From a virus: 64,000 nucleotides of DNA. The first letter of the stretch is position 1, and each line of letters begins with the position of its first letter. A program made the position numbers and the translations under genes. The notes under the pieces were generated by a model. It was not told where the DNA came from, searched no databases, and saw only the letters and a list, made by a program, of their open reading frames with translations. The stretch spans positions 32,001 to 96,000 of IMG/VR virus record IMGVR_UViG_3300042691_047309, one strand, 5' to 3'. Below are positions 1 through 10,330 of the stretch, one piece after another.

Positions 1-67
1 TATATTAAAATTTATTTGGAAAGTTTATAAATTTTTACTATAGTTCCAAACTTATTTTAACATAATA

Positions 68-805
68 TTATATGAAATGATTTGTTACTTGTTTATCCAG
101 ATTATGTTCATTGAATATATTAATAAGACTTTTATATTCTTCATCTGAACAATTTACTAAATATAAGTTTGAGTGTATAAAAGTTATCACATCACCGTTA
201 TTTTCATCTACATAATCTTCTTTCCAGAAGCCATAAAGTGGTCTAAAATCAGTTGATTCATAAACCATTTTCAGTCTTTCTATTACCTCATCTAAATGTT
301 CGGGTAGAAATATATCAAATGTCATATAAATAAAAGGATAAGCTTTTACTACTCCTCTTTCAATATTTTCTACAAGTAATTCCTCAAAAGTTTTACCAGT
401 AACTCCAGACTTTTCAAGGTTAGTCCTTTTTTCTTCTACATCATCTAAATGTAACCACTCAACATTTCTTCTAAGAATTCCTTTATTTAGGTTTTTGACT
501 GGATCCATAAAAAAATCAGACCATTTATCTCCAAATAAATCATAAGGTTTTTCTTCATACCAATTTCTTTCTTTCCACGACATCTCGTGATAAAGGTCAG
601 ATTGAATAGTTCTATCCCATTTTTGTGGAAAGAAAAGATATCCACCGTCAATAAATTTACTCAAAGCTTCAGCACTATTATTATAGTTAAATTTAGTTAT
701 CCCATCATCTTCTAACTCTATGAAGAAATCATGTAACTCTGTATATGTTGGAAAGTGTATTTTACCAACAGACTCAAATAATTTATATGATTTTATATAC
801 TTCAT
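68..805 (-). CDS. Hypothetical protein with N-terminal capsid-targeting-like motif
   Basis: ORF begins MKYIKSYKLFES; no other recognisable domain. Confidence 0.75.
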   Translation of the reverse strand: MKYIKSYKLFESVGKIHFPTYTELHDFFIELEDDGITKFNYNNSAEALSKFIDGGYLFFPQKWDRTIQSDLYHEMSWKERNWYEEKPYDLFGDKWSDFFMDPVKNLNKGILRRNVEWLHLDDVEEKRTNLEKSGVTGKTFEELLVENIERGVVKAYPFIYMTFDIFLPEHLDEVIERLKMVYESTDFRPLYGFWKEDYVDENNGDVITFIHSNLYLVNCSDEEYKSLINIFNEHNLDKQVTNHFI

Positions 806-1641
806 TACATTTTCAATAATATTTTTAAAGTATAATCATATATCGGTCTTGAAGTGTCAAAATATCTTTCATCCCTTGAAAAGGGCCAAAGAACTTCTTC
901 ATAGTCTAATTCTGCTGTAATCAAGTCAATTCTATCATCTAATTCTTTTTCTAAGTCTAATAAACTCATTTGACCTGTTCTGTGAGAATCTACCGATGAC
1001 CAACCACCAATGTCAATTACCACACCTGGTTGATACATACTAAGAACATTTTCAGGAGAATATAATTTTAATTTTCTCATCTCATATTCTTTAAGTTCAG
1101 TAAATTCTGAGAAGTCAAAATTCTGACATTGCCACTTTTTATCTGTAACAAATTCAGATTCTGGTGCTGTTCTAAAATTGACTTCAGTATCTATCAATCT
1201 TGAACAAGATACCGTTGGTCTTACAATTTCAAAAATTATATTATGTAAAATATAACTTTTTCTTTTCATATCATCTGATTCAAAAATAGGCATAGTTCCA
1301 TTATACTTAAGCTCGTTAATATCATTTACTCTATCATAATCTCCATAAAGAACGGCACAATAAATATTCTTTTCTTTTTCATCAGGTAGAGTGTCATAGA
1401 TTTCAAGCATCGCATCTTTTATATGATTCAAATCAACTTCTGAAAGTATTTGAAACATTCTATCAACATGAGACTTTATTTTCTGCCACCAACCATCTCC
1501 TACAAAATGGTCAGTCCATCTTTCTAATTGTGATATATCATTATTTGACCAGTGATTATTTCTAAGATAATCATAGAAATCAAAAATAGAATATTCTTTT
1601 TGAGACTCTAAAAAAGATTTATATGTTTCTAATTTTTTCAT
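805..1641 (-). CDS. Hypothetical protein with N-terminal capsid-targeting-like motif
   Basis: Begins MKKLETYKSFLES; overlaps neighbours at stop/start. Confidence 0.75.
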   Translation of the reverse strand: MKKLETYKSFLESQKEYSIFDFYDYLRNNHWSNNDISQLERWTDHFVGDGWWQKIKSHVDRMFQILSEVDLNHIKDAMLEIYDTLPDEKEKNIYCAVLYGDYDRVNDINELKYNGTMPIFESDDMKRKSYILHNIIFEIVRPTVSCSRLIDTEVNFRTAPESEFVTDKKWQCQNFDFSEFTELKEYEMRKLKLYSPENVLSMYQPGVVIDIGGWSSVDSHRTGQMSLLDLEKELDDRIDLITAELDYEEVLWPFSRDERYFDTSRPIYDYTLKILLKM

Positions 1642-3344
1642 CTTAAAGTTTTTATTCTTTCTACTTGATATTTCATTATATCAACATCTTGATTTTGTTT
1701 AAGTAAATCAATTATCTTTTGATACATTTGTATTGTTATCCTACAGTCTGTAATGGCGTCGTGATAACCCATCATATTAACTCCTAAGACCGGTCCTATT
1801 TTAGCCATTGATGATGATATAAGTCCGTTATCTCTTGTAGATGTTCCTATAAAATCAATCATTTCTTTATATTTAGTATCTGTTTCAGCTAATGTTTGTA
1901 ATAGAGGTAAGAAATATAACTGAATCAACATTTTAGTATCAAATACTTCGCTTTCAATTTTGTGACCGTATCTTCCACTTAGCATTGCCATATCAAAACT
2001 CGCATTTTGAGCAACTAATATATTTGGTGAGTAATTACTAACCCATCTGAAAAAGTCATCTACTATATCTTTTTCATTTTTATATTTATAATCACCTGAT
2101 CCATAGTGATTAAACCCCAATACCCACTTAGTTTTATCCTCAGGTTGTAGAAACTTTGATTTAGTTTCATCTGTTAATTTTATCTTTTCATCAAATGTTC
2201 CTATTTCACTAAAATTGTTTGATTTGAAATCATACTGAGTTGCTATTGCAGATACTTGAGTTAATTGTTGTTGTTTTGGACCACCTAACCCAGTCGTTTC
2301 GGTGTCGCACCAGATAAACGGCAGTGTGGATTTAGATTCTAACCACTCTAATATTTCTGGTATAGTTTTATACCACATTTTATTTTCATTCAATCCTTCC
2401 TCTACCTTATCAAAATGTATATAAACTTGCTCAGATATCGTTCCTTCATTAAGTGTTTTAATTTTTGTTGAAAATCCTTCAGATTCTAAATAACTTATAG
2501 TTGCCTCAACAACAGGACTTATTTCATTCCAAAACTCATCGTGAGTTAGTCTTCTTTGATTTTTAATCCAAACATAAGGACCATGTAACCAATAGTGTTT
2601 TTTATCTTTCGGTCTTATTAAGTCAATAAATGAATTAAGTTTGGAAGGTGACTCTGTGAATCCACTGATATGTGGTCTGTATCCTAAATCTTCTAATTCT
2701 AAAAGAATATTTCTTAAATAAGATTCCAATTCCAATCTAATTGGACTAGTTGGTAGTTTCCACTCAGAGTCATATTCTATACCTTCATGTTTAATTGATT
2801 CATTTGTTTTATAGTCAAATTTAACTTTTTCACCCGATGGCATTGAGTAAGTAATCTTATCAACATTTTTTACTTCATATTTATAACCAGGATTGACATA
2901 CTTTTTACCTGTTCCCTTTTTAACATAAGCAATTGTTATGTGTGGTTTGTAATCAGGATACTGATCTGAATTAGGAAACTTAGAAAGCTCATCGTGTAAG
3001 TATTGTAAAGCACCATCCGGTTTTACATTAAACTTAACAACATCAAACTTCTCATTCTCAAAGATATCTATACCATCTACTACTATGTTTATATTGTCTG
3101 TAAAGTTATCAAATACAGATTTTACCATATCTGGAGTTACCGTATCATGAAGACCATAGAGTAAAGTAAGGTGTGGGTTATTTTGAATTCCGTATGTTGA
3201 ATCTCCTTCTTCTTCATAAATATCTTCCTCATCAATAGATGATGTTATCTCATTCCAGTTACTAACTGGGATTTCGACCATAACACATCCATATTGATAG
3301 CCTGATGACTCCTTAATAAATTGTATGTAGTTTTTGATTTTCAT
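1638..3344 (-). CDS. Fusion: 2H phosphoesterase (Acb1/T4 57B-like), middle module and DEDDh 3'-5' exonuclease
   Basis: N-tag MKIKNYIQFIKES; two HxT motifs (PHLTLLYG, PHITIAY); C-terminal CDTETTG, AQNASFD, YHDAITD. Confidence 0.75.
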   Translation of the reverse strand: MKIKNYIQFIKESSGYQYGCVMVEIPVSNWNEITSSIDEEDIYEEEGDSTYGIQNNPHLTLLYGLHDTVTPDMVKSVFDNFTDNINIVVDGIDIFENEKFDVVKFNVKPDGALQYLHDELSKFPNSDQYPDYKPHITIAYVKKGTGKKYVNPGYKYEVKNVDKITYSMPSGEKVKFDYKTNESIKHEGIEYDSEWKLPTSPIRLELESYLRNILLELEDLGYRPHISGFTESPSKLNSFIDLIRPKDKKHYWLHGPYVWIKNQRRLTHDEFWNEISPVVEATISYLESEGFSTKIKTLNEGTISEQVYIHFDKVEEGLNENKMWYKTIPEILEWLESKSTLPFIWCDTETTGLGGPKQQQLTQVSAIATQYDFKSNNFSEIGTFDEKIKLTDETKSKFLQPEDKTKWVLGFNHYGSGDYKYKNEKDIVDDFFRWVSNYSPNILVAQNASFDMAMLSGRYGHKIESEVFDTKMLIQLYFLPLLQTLAETDTKYKEMIDFIGTSTRDNGLISSSMAKIGPVLGVNMMGYHDAITDCRITIQMYQKIIDLLKQNQDVDIMKYQVERIKTLR

Positions 3345-3766
3345 TAAAATGCTCTTCGTCGTTCTTTTTTATTTTTAAATATTTCGATAAATATATAATC
3401 TCTATATTCTGAAAATTGCAATTTATAATCAGGATATTTATCTGATAATCTTTTTAGACTAACTTTGACTTCTTGTAATAACTCGTTGTTAGTGTTATGA
3501 TTTTCAATATGGTTATAAATAGAAGAATTTTGGTCACCAATAAGATTTGCTGTCTTAGCAGTTTTGTGGTCTATATCAACTATCGTTTTTAATGTAATAG
3601 TTATATATGGTTCTGTTTGATCACCCATCAACATGGAGACTGAATCTCTTTCTATTAATTTTATTTCAGCTCTCTCATCATCTAATAATTCGGCAAAACA
3701 TTGATAAACATAATCATAATCTATGTAATCATTTTCACTTTCATTAAATCTTCTTAGCCTTTTCAT
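3344..3766 (-). CDS. Hypothetical N-tagged protein, paralogue of 3803..4195
   Basis: MKRLRRFNES, IDYDYVYQCFAELLDD and ELLQEV shared with neighbour. Confidence 0.75.
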   Translation of the reverse strand: MKRLRRFNESENDYIDYDYVYQCFAELLDDERAEIKLIERDSVSMLMGDQTEPYITITLKTIVDIDHKTAKTANLIGDQNSSIYNHIENHNTNNELLQEVKVSLKRLSDKYPDYKLQFSEYRDYIFIEIFKNKKERRRAF

Positions 3767-3802
3767 TATATTTCTCCTATTTTATATAGTTTTTTATTTT
3801 CA

Positions 3803-4195
3803 TTAAAATGGATATTGTTCTTTTTTCTCTTCACCACCAAATATGTTAATATGAATTGAATAACCAAATATGTCAAAATTAATTTTATAAGTTGGATATT
3901 CTTCTGATAATCTATTTAAAGCAACTTCAACTTCTTGTAACAATTCGCTATTTGATTTTACGCCGTTTATGTAGTCAAATAATTTAGACCTTTCAATAGT
4001 GACAGTTCCTCCGTTATCTCTTCTTTCTGGATTAGATTGATTAATTTTCAAATCTATGGTAATATACTTTTGATAATCATTTTCAAATTCTCTAATTTGT
4101 GCTTTATTATCATCTAACAATTCAGCGAAGCACTGATAAACATAATCATAATCTATATCAATTTTACTTTCATTAAATCTTCTTAGTCTTTTCAT
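3803..4195 (-). CDS. Hypothetical N-tagged protein, paralogue of 3344..3766
   Basis: Tandem duplicate visible at protein and DNA level. Confidence 0.75.
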   Translation of the reverse strand: MKRLRRFNESKIDIDYDYVYQCFAELLDDNKAQIREFENDYQKYITIDLKINQSNPERRDNGGTVTIERSKLFDYINGVKSNSELLQEVEVALNRLSEEYPTYKINFDIFGYSIHINIFGGEEKKEQYPF

Positions 4196-4662
4196 TATAT
4201 TTCTTCTATTTTATATTTCATAAATCTCATAAACTTGTTATGTAATTCATTTCTATCCTCTACATTAAATACAAGGTTATTAACTTTCATGTAACTAACC
4301 ATTCTTGGAAAATCATCTATTTTAGATATCTTATAACCTAAGTAGTCTAAACTATCTTCTAAGTGTTGATATTCTTCTGGATAAATCCTACTCAAATCTC
4401 CAGTTGTTTGTTTATAAACAAACATGTCAAATCCACTTTCATCTGGAACTAATTTTATTAAAAATAAAAAAGAACGTTCTTTTTCAGGTACACTATTTAA
4501 AAATTCATCTATGTCTAAATTAATAAAGAATATATCTTTACTATCATCATTTTTTATAACAGCTATCTTATAGTCGTCTATTTGATTCTCAAAACAAGAA
4601 AGAATGACTTCTTCTAATTCCTGTTTAGACTCAAATAATTTATATGATTTAAGAAACCTCAT
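4195..4662 (-). CDS. Hypothetical N-tagged protein
   Basis: MRFLKSYKLFES; TTAATATATA 5 nt upstream. Confidence 0.75.
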   Translation of the reverse strand: MRFLKSYKLFESKQELEEVILSCFENQIDDYKIAVIKNDDSKDIFFINLDIDEFLNSVPEKERSFLFLIKLVPDESGFDMFVYKQTTGDLSRIYPEEYQHLEDSLDYLGYKISKIDDFPRMVSYMKVNNLVFNVEDRNELHNKFMRFMKYKIEEI

Positions 4663-4667
4663 AATTG

Positions 4668-4677
4668 TATATATTAA
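4668..4677 (-). promoter_or_regulatory. Putative late promoter TTAATATATA
   Basis: Recurrent motif just upstream of N-tagged and structural genes. Confidence 0.6.
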
Positions 4678-4708
4678 TTTGTCATCTTAAAAAGGATTAT
4701 TATCTTTG
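4678..4708 (+). promoter_or_regulatory. Bacteroidota-type primary-sigma promoter (-33 TTTG, -7 TATCTTTG)
   Basis: TTTG-N19-TAnnTTTG upstream of 4725 ORF. Confidence 0.65.
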
Positions 4709-4724
4709 TAGAAATAATTAAAAG

Positions 4725-4916
4725 ATGGCAAGAGAAAAAGATATTATTAGATTAGAGAAAGAGATTAAAAGTAAAATGGCTCAGATTAAAAACAAAAAAT
4801 TAGCACCATCTGAGTCTGGTATTGGAAAACTTATCAATCTAATGAAAACTTTTGATGAGCCTCTTTTTGATAAATTGATGTCTGATTATAAACAGATACT
4901 CAAAGATATAAAGTAA
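4725..4916 (+). CDS. Small hypothetical protein
   Basis: 63 aa ORF with its own promoter. Confidence 0.65.
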   Translation: MAREKDIIRLEKEIKSKMAQIKNKKLAPSESGIGKLINLMKTFDEPLFDKLMSDYKQILKDIK

Positions 4917-6449
4917 TTATTTAACTTTAATCTTCATCTTAGTTCCGGTTGATATCTTTTCACAACTAAGTTCAAATCCGTGCTCTTTGATAATTGCTAA
5001 ACAGATATTCAGACCAAGTCCGGCCTCTTCAATATCTTTGTGTTTAGCTTTAATAATCTTTTCAAATTGTCTTTCTGAAAGACCTCTACCATTGTCTTCT
5101 ACAACTATGTTATCTTCTTCTAAATAAATCTTGACTAATTTATTCTCACTATCATTATATTTGAGACCATTTTTAATTAAGTTGTCAACAGCATTCCAGA
5201 AAAGTGTTTCATTTGCCTCTAAAGTTGTAAGTTCTCCTAATTCAACTTGCTGATGATAAGAAGTTTTAGAAATTGAATCTTCTAATAATTGTCTGATATC
5301 AACTTCTTTCTTTTCCAAAACAACATTTTGTTTTACTAAGTTTGTAAATTCATAAACACTCTTATAAACTTTTTGAGTGTGATTTAAACCTTCTCTAATC
5401 ATTTTAACTGATCCGTCAATCTTTAGATTTTTTAACTCATCTGGAGTAATTCTTTTTTCCAAAGATGAAATTCCTCTTGGTATATAAGTATTGATTCCTG
5501 AATGCATATCGTGTCTGATTATTCTAGCAGCATGTTCTAAATAAGTATTCTTTTTATTTATGTCTTCTAATTGTCTTTCAATTTCTTTATCTTGAACTTT
5601 AATAGTTCTTCTTTGTAAAAGTGCTAATACAGAAAGTATAAGAACGGTGATTGCTAAAATAGCACCCCATAGCCAATTTTTGATAACTTGTTTCTCTTCC
5701 TTTAATGTTTCTTTGTCAATATTCAAATCAATTACTTGTTTCTCTTTCTTTAAGGATTTGATATTAACATCTTTAGCATCAATTAGGTCTTGACTGCCAT
5801 TGTTATCTATTAATTGCTTTTTTTCTTTTTGGATTTTTTCAATTTGATTATCAATTTGTTTAGAAAGATTTTCTAAATCTTCTTTTGATAAACTATTAAA
5901 TGTTTGTGGAAGATTTTTAAGAAAATCTGCATCTTTTTTAAGACTTTGTAATTCAGAAATACTCAATTCTGTTTTAGATTCTTCAGTTTTTTTCTCCAAT
6001 TTATATTCTTTTTCTAACTCATTTCTAATTTCCTTTCTAATTTGAGAAATATTATTATAGTATGAGCTATCTCTAAAAACGTCTTTTAGTCTAACTCCTT
6101 TTTTTTCAGAAAATCTTTTAATTTTAGAAAGGTAAAAGTCAGCTTCTTGATAAAGGCCTTTATTATAAAACTCTACTCCTAACTCTCTATAAAGTCTTGC
6201 TTGTTCAGTAGTTATTTTATTTACATCTTCTAATGAAGCTGGATTTAATTTATAAATTAATTCCATTATAGTCTCATCTTCCGGCAAGATAGGAACACCT
6301 TGGTCATAAACTGCCTCATATTCATTTATCTTATTGTAAATAACATTTTCAGACTTATTTTTTAATGTGTCAATATATTGATTAAAATTTATTTGAGAAA
6401 ATAAATTGCATGAGAATAAAGTTATTAAAGTTAAAAGTAGTGGTTTCAT
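4917..6449 (-). CDS. Membrane sensor histidine kinase
   Basis: Signal peptide, coiled coil, TM helix (WLWGAILAITVLILSVLALL), H-box IRHDMHS, N-box NLIKNGLKY, G1 DNGRG, G2 GLGL. Confidence 0.85.
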   Translation of the reverse strand: MKPLLLTLITLFSCNLFSQINFNQYIDTLKNKSENVIYNKINEYEAVYDQGVPILPEDETIMELIYKLNPASLEDVNKITTEQARLYRELGVEFYNKGLYQEADFYLSKIKRFSEKKGVRLKDVFRDSSYYNNISQIRKEIRNELEKEYKLEKKTEESKTELSISELQSLKKDADFLKNLPQTFNSLSKEDLENLSKQIDNQIEKIQKEKKQLIDNNGSQDLIDAKDVNIKSLKKEKQVIDLNIDKETLKEEKQVIKNWLWGAILAITVLILSVLALLQRRTIKVQDKEIERQLEDINKKNTYLEHAARIIRHDMHSGINTYIPRGISSLEKRITPDELKNLKIDGSVKMIREGLNHTQKVYKSVYEFTNLVKQNVVLEKKEVDIRQLLEDSISKTSYHQQVELGELTTLEANETLFWNAVDNLIKNGLKYNDSENKLVKIYLEEDNIVVEDNGRGLSERQFEKIIKAKHKDIEEAGLGLNICLAIIKEHGFELSCEKISTGTKMKIKVK

Positions 6450-6454
6450 AAATC

Positions 6455-6464
6455 TATATATTAA
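6455..6464 (-). promoter_or_regulatory. Putative late promoter TTAATATATA
   Basis: 5 nt upstream of the kinase ATG. Confidence 0.55.
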
Positions 6465-6473
6465 TAAAAAATA

Positions 6474-6749
6474 TTAATAGAAAGTATTTTTCAACTCAAA
6501 TTCAATGTCATCATCATCACTTTTTTCAAAATCAAAATCGAATCCCATATTTACAATATATGATGCGACACAATCAACCATCATTGGATCCGCTCCTCTT
6601 TCTTCCATGTATTTCATATAGTCTTGAATAGTGAAACTACCTTTCTCATTTTTTAGTTTTTGTAATTTAGGTAAAATGTCTTTAGCGATATCTTCATGAA
6701 TATCAGAGTCTAATTTTCCGTAAGATTCAAAAGTTTTTAAATGTCTCAT
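6474..6749 (-). CDS. Hypothetical N-tagged protein
   Basis: MRHLKTFES. Confidence 0.7.
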   Translation of the reverse strand: MRHLKTFESYGKLDSDIHEDIAKDILPKLQKLKNEKGSFTIQDYMKYMEERGADPMMVDCVASYIVNMGFDFDFEKSDDDDIEFELKNTFY

Positions 6750-6762
6750 ATCTATATTTTTT

Positions 6763-8829
6763 TTACATTTCTTCTACCCAAGGTTTCTTACCTCTTCTTT
6801 CAAGTTTCTCACACATATCTTTCCACTCATTAGGCTCAAATTTAAGTGCATTTTCTTTTAAGAATTGTCCTACTTGTTTTTTTAAGTCACCATTTGGAAG
6901 TTTTCTTGTATGACCCATCCAAGCAAAAGCATCAACAAATCCAGATTTACAACCTTTTGACATTTGGTCATTTATAATATCCATTCTACCATATTCAGCA
7001 GCCCATTTAACTACAAAGTTTTTACCAGCTTCTTCTGATTTAACTCCATATTTTAATAACATTTGGTATCCAGCAAAATAAGATTCTCCAATCTCTGTAA
7101 GACTTTTCCAAGATCCTTTACAAACTTTTCTGATTGGAAGATTTGAATTAAAGTTAGCATCAGCTCCTGCTTTTAAACAGAATTCTAAAGCATCTTCATC
7201 ACAAACAATGTTATTAAATACATCACCTGTAAGAACCGCGTGATTAGAAACTAACAACTTAATCATTTCCATATCTTTAGCTTTAGCAATTGCTGAATCA
7301 GCTCCTTTTTGTAAGTTAGGTGTTCCACCCAACGCAAAAATCATTTTAACTCTTTCTATATCATTATCTTCAACAGCATTGATAAGAGCTTTTCCATTAT
7401 CTCTATTTATGTCAGCTCCAAATTCTTTAACATATCCTTGTAAATCAGCCGCTGTAATAGTCCTTTCTCTACCAGTTTCTGGGTCCGGAATAGTTTTCTT
7501 AATAATAAATCTTTCAGCGTCTTTTGCTCTCTTTCTTCTGTCAATTTCTTCTTGACTAAGAGGTTGTAAGATATCAAAAAGACTATCACCAATCTCGTAT
7601 TCATTCTCCCATTGTTTTAAGAGTGATTTAAACTCACCACCTATATAATTATTATTCACTGTTTGACAAGCACCATTATCCCAACTTCTATTCGGTTTCA
7701 TTGTAATTCCAATAGTCCATCTAGTATTTGTAGATGAAAGATTAAAATTATAAATGTAGTATTGAATATTATACTCACCTAAATAACTATTCCAGTGAGA
7801 CTCGGTATTCACAATACAGTGTGAGCAGTGAGAGTTTAGCATTTTGTTAGCCGCGTAAGAATTGACCTCTACTATCATAATACCAGATACATTGTAAATA
7901 ACTTTACATCCTTTAACACCAAGTAAGTCATTTACTTTATTAATCTTTTCAATTCTATCAGAGTATCCTTCTGTTCCAGAGGCGTCTAAGTGTTGTTTTG
8001 CAGCTCTGATAAACTCAACAAGTGGATTTTCCTCATTATTAAATCTAGCTAATCTACTTCTCCAAACTAATTTTCCAAAATTTGGATTTGGTTTTCCATC
8101 TCTTGTTGTCTCCCAATTATCAACAAGCATTTCGCCAAAGAAAGTTTTCCAAATAATTTCTTTTTTATCATCTGGAGTGATACTTTCAAAACCAACAGCT
8201 ATTTCTATTAGTTGTTCCATTTGAAGTTCAGTTGCTGAGTTAGCAGCTTTTTTCAATTTTGGAGGAAGAGTATCAATAATTTTTTTAACCTTTCTATAGT
8301 CTCCTAATTTATCTAATTCATCCGAAAGAATCTCAGCATTTGTATGATTGTTAGATGGATTTGGAATTGACTCATCTATAAAGTTAATATCAAATTTCTT
8401 TGGAAGTTTATCTAACAAGTCTTTATATTCTATAAGAAGACCATAAAGTCTTTCAACTTCTTCATAAGATATTCCTTCAATGAAATACATATAAACAAAA
8501 TTATAAAGATATCCGATGTTTGGTTGAAAAAGGTCTCTTAGCTTAACAAACTCTTCATTGCGTTCAAGATTTCTAACTTGTTCATCTGTTAATCTAACAT
8601 CTCTCATTTTCATTCTGATTTCGTTAAATTGTTCCGGTGTAAAGTCATTTTTAGAAAGACCTTTCTTTTCACCATTTCTTAATTGGTAATCTAACTCAGA
8701 ATCAACAAATTTTAAATCAGTAGCCAACTTTTTTATAACAAATTGGTCTTTCAAAAACTTTTTTGATTTATCAAGATTCTCATTAAGAGGATGTAAATTA
8801 GTAAATTGGTTATATCTAAATAACTTCAT
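6763..8829 (-). CDS. Large N-tagged protein with C-terminal ankyrin-like repeats
   Basis: Start reassigned to MKLFRYNQF at 8829; GADINRDNGKALINAV, AGADANFN, VKWAAEYGRMDII are ankyrin-like. Confidence 0.65.
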   Translation of the reverse strand: MKLFRYNQFTNLHPLNENLDKSKKFLKDQFVIKKLATDLKFVDSELDYQLRNGEKKGLSKNDFTPEQFNEIRMKMRDVRLTDEQVRNLERNEEFVKLRDLFQPNIGYLYNFVYMYFIEGISYEEVERLYGLLIEYKDLLDKLPKKFDINFIDESIPNPSNNHTNAEILSDELDKLGDYRKVKKIIDTLPPKLKKAANSATELQMEQLIEIAVGFESITPDDKKEIIWKTFFGEMLVDNWETTRDGKPNPNFGKLVWRSRLARFNNEENPLVEFIRAAKQHLDASGTEGYSDRIEKINKVNDLLGVKGCKVIYNVSGIMIVEVNSYAANKMLNSHCSHCIVNTESHWNSYLGEYNIQYYIYNFNLSSTNTRWTIGITMKPNRSWDNGACQTVNNNYIGGEFKSLLKQWENEYEIGDSLFDILQPLSQEEIDRRKRAKDAERFIIKKTIPDPETGRERTITAADLQGYVKEFGADINRDNGKALINAVEDNDIERVKMIFALGGTPNLQKGADSAIAKAKDMEMIKLLVSNHAVLTGDVFNNIVCDEDALEFCLKAGADANFNSNLPIRKVCKGSWKSLTEIGESYFAGYQMLLKYGVKSEEAGKNFVVKWAAEYGRMDIINDQMSKGCKSGFVDAFAWMGHTRKLPNGDLKKQVGQFLKENALKFEPNEWKDMCEKLERRGKKPWVEEM

Positions 8830-8833
8830 AAAT

Positions 8834-9811
8834 TTATTTTTTCTTTTTTGATTCTCCAGCAAACGGACTTAATAAATGTTTTAGATTCCAAGATGGAATA
8901 AATTTCTTATTATGTTTTTCATAGTCTTCGTATGATTCAATTCCTGAATCTACAACATTTTGATAGTATTGGATATTAGCACCTTGTTTATTTAAGTCGG
9001 ATATTCTATCTCCAATGTCAATTCCTTTGGTCATTTTTCTTAACTTATTCCATTGATCGACCGTTTGTTGTCTTGGAAGAGATTCGTTTACATAATCTAC
9101 AAAGTTTAAAATCTTAGACTCAGATAACTGACCTTTAGACATTTCAATCACCTCTTTTGATGTTGTTGTGAAATAAAGACCGTCTTTTATAAACTCATTT
9201 CTGTTTGCAATTGAAACTCCATTTTTACCAGGAAAAGCCGTTATAACAGAAAGAACTACTTTATCTCCTAATTTACCTAATTTAGCTCCAATAAAACTTA
9301 AAAAGGTAGTTTTTTCACCTTCACCCTGTTTTACTTTAATATTAAATTCATTACCTCTAGAATCTTTGTATGTATAAACATTCATAGATTTAAATTCATC
9401 TGAATTAGCATCTAACTGATGGACATTTTCAACACCAACATCTGTTTTAGAATCTAAACCTAACCATTTAAACTTTTCAGCTTCATCTGGATTTGTAACT
9501 TTTGTTTCACTTGGACCAAACCCTTTGGTCATTTCAGTTGGTTTATTATTTTTAACTAACTCAACGATTGCTTTCTTTAAATCAACTCCTTTATCAAATT
9601 TAGAACCTGGTATAGTTTCTTCAACATGTGAATCTGTTATATGAGATAAATCTCCTAATAATAGAATAAAGTCACCGGATTCATAAACTGTATCTTTATT
9701 TGCCTCAACTTTTCCTTTCAGAAATTGATTATTATCAATCATCGATTGAATTTGAGAGTATATTAATTCTTCCCCATCTTCTACATTTTCAAATAATCTT
9801 ATGTGTTTCAT
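8834..9811 (-). CDS. Hypothetical N-tagged protein with an internal second tag
   Basis: MKHIRLFEN; internal LSESKILNFVDYVNES. Confidence 0.7.
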   Translation of the reverse strand: MKHIRLFENVEDGEELIYSQIQSMIDNNQFLKGKVEANKDTVYESGDFILLLGDLSHITDSHVEETIPGSKFDKGVDLKKAIVELVKNNKPTEMTKGFGPSETKVTNPDEAEKFKWLGLDSKTDVGVENVHQLDANSDEFKSMNVYTYKDSRGNEFNIKVKQGEGEKTTFLSFIGAKLGKLGDKVVLSVITAFPGKNGVSIANRNEFIKDGLYFTTTSKEVIEMSKGQLSESKILNFVDYVNESLPRQQTVDQWNKLRKMTKGIDIGDRISDLNKQGANIQYYQNVVDSGIESYEDYEKHNKKFIPSWNLKHLLSPFAGESKKKK

Positions 9812-10242
9812 TGTTGTAATAATTCTTTTATATCATTCAAAAGTTCAGATACATCATCAAATGAACCAGAGAAAGCATATCCGTCTCCACCACAACTAAA
9901 TTCAAAAATAACTTTTGAGTTGTATTTATTTTTACCTTCAGTTCTTCTTTCATACATATCAAATTCATCTGGAATGCTTTCGTAAGTATTATCCATGTTC
10001 ATTCTTACAAAATCATCAGCAATACTTTCAGATTCTTGTTCTGATTTACCTGCTGATATAAGGCTATTGTAAACTAATGTGTTTATAATATTTTCTAATG
10101 TACTTTCAGAACCATAACTGTAACGGGCTTCAACCTTTTCGTTTAGATGGTCCTCAAATTGTTCAAGTGTTGTTTCATCAGTCACTACGAATTCTTCATC
10201 TTCGTTAGATTCAAATAACTTAAATGATTTAATATATTTCAT
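9808..10242 (-). CDS. Hypothetical acidic N-tagged protein
   Basis: MKYIKSFKLFES; TTAATATATA at 10262-10271. Confidence 0.7.
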   Translation of the reverse strand: MKYIKSFKLFESNEDEEFVVTDETTLEQFEDHLNEKVEARYSYGSESTLENIINTLVYNSLISAGKSEQESESIADDFVRMNMDNTYESIPDEFDMYERRTEGKNKYNSKVIFEFSCGGDGYAFSGSFDDVSELLNDIKELLQQ

Positions 10243-10275
10243 ATTAAAAATTAATTTTTAGTATATATTAAAAGT

Positions 10276-10302
10276 AAAAAACCCACTTTTTAAAAGTGGG
10301 TT
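10276..10302 (-). terminator. Intrinsic terminator after nrdB
   Basis: AACCCACTTT / AAAGTGGGTT inverted repeat with T-run on minus strand. Confidence 0.7.
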
Positions 10303-10330
10303 AAAAACAAAAAAAGAAAAAAACAAACGA

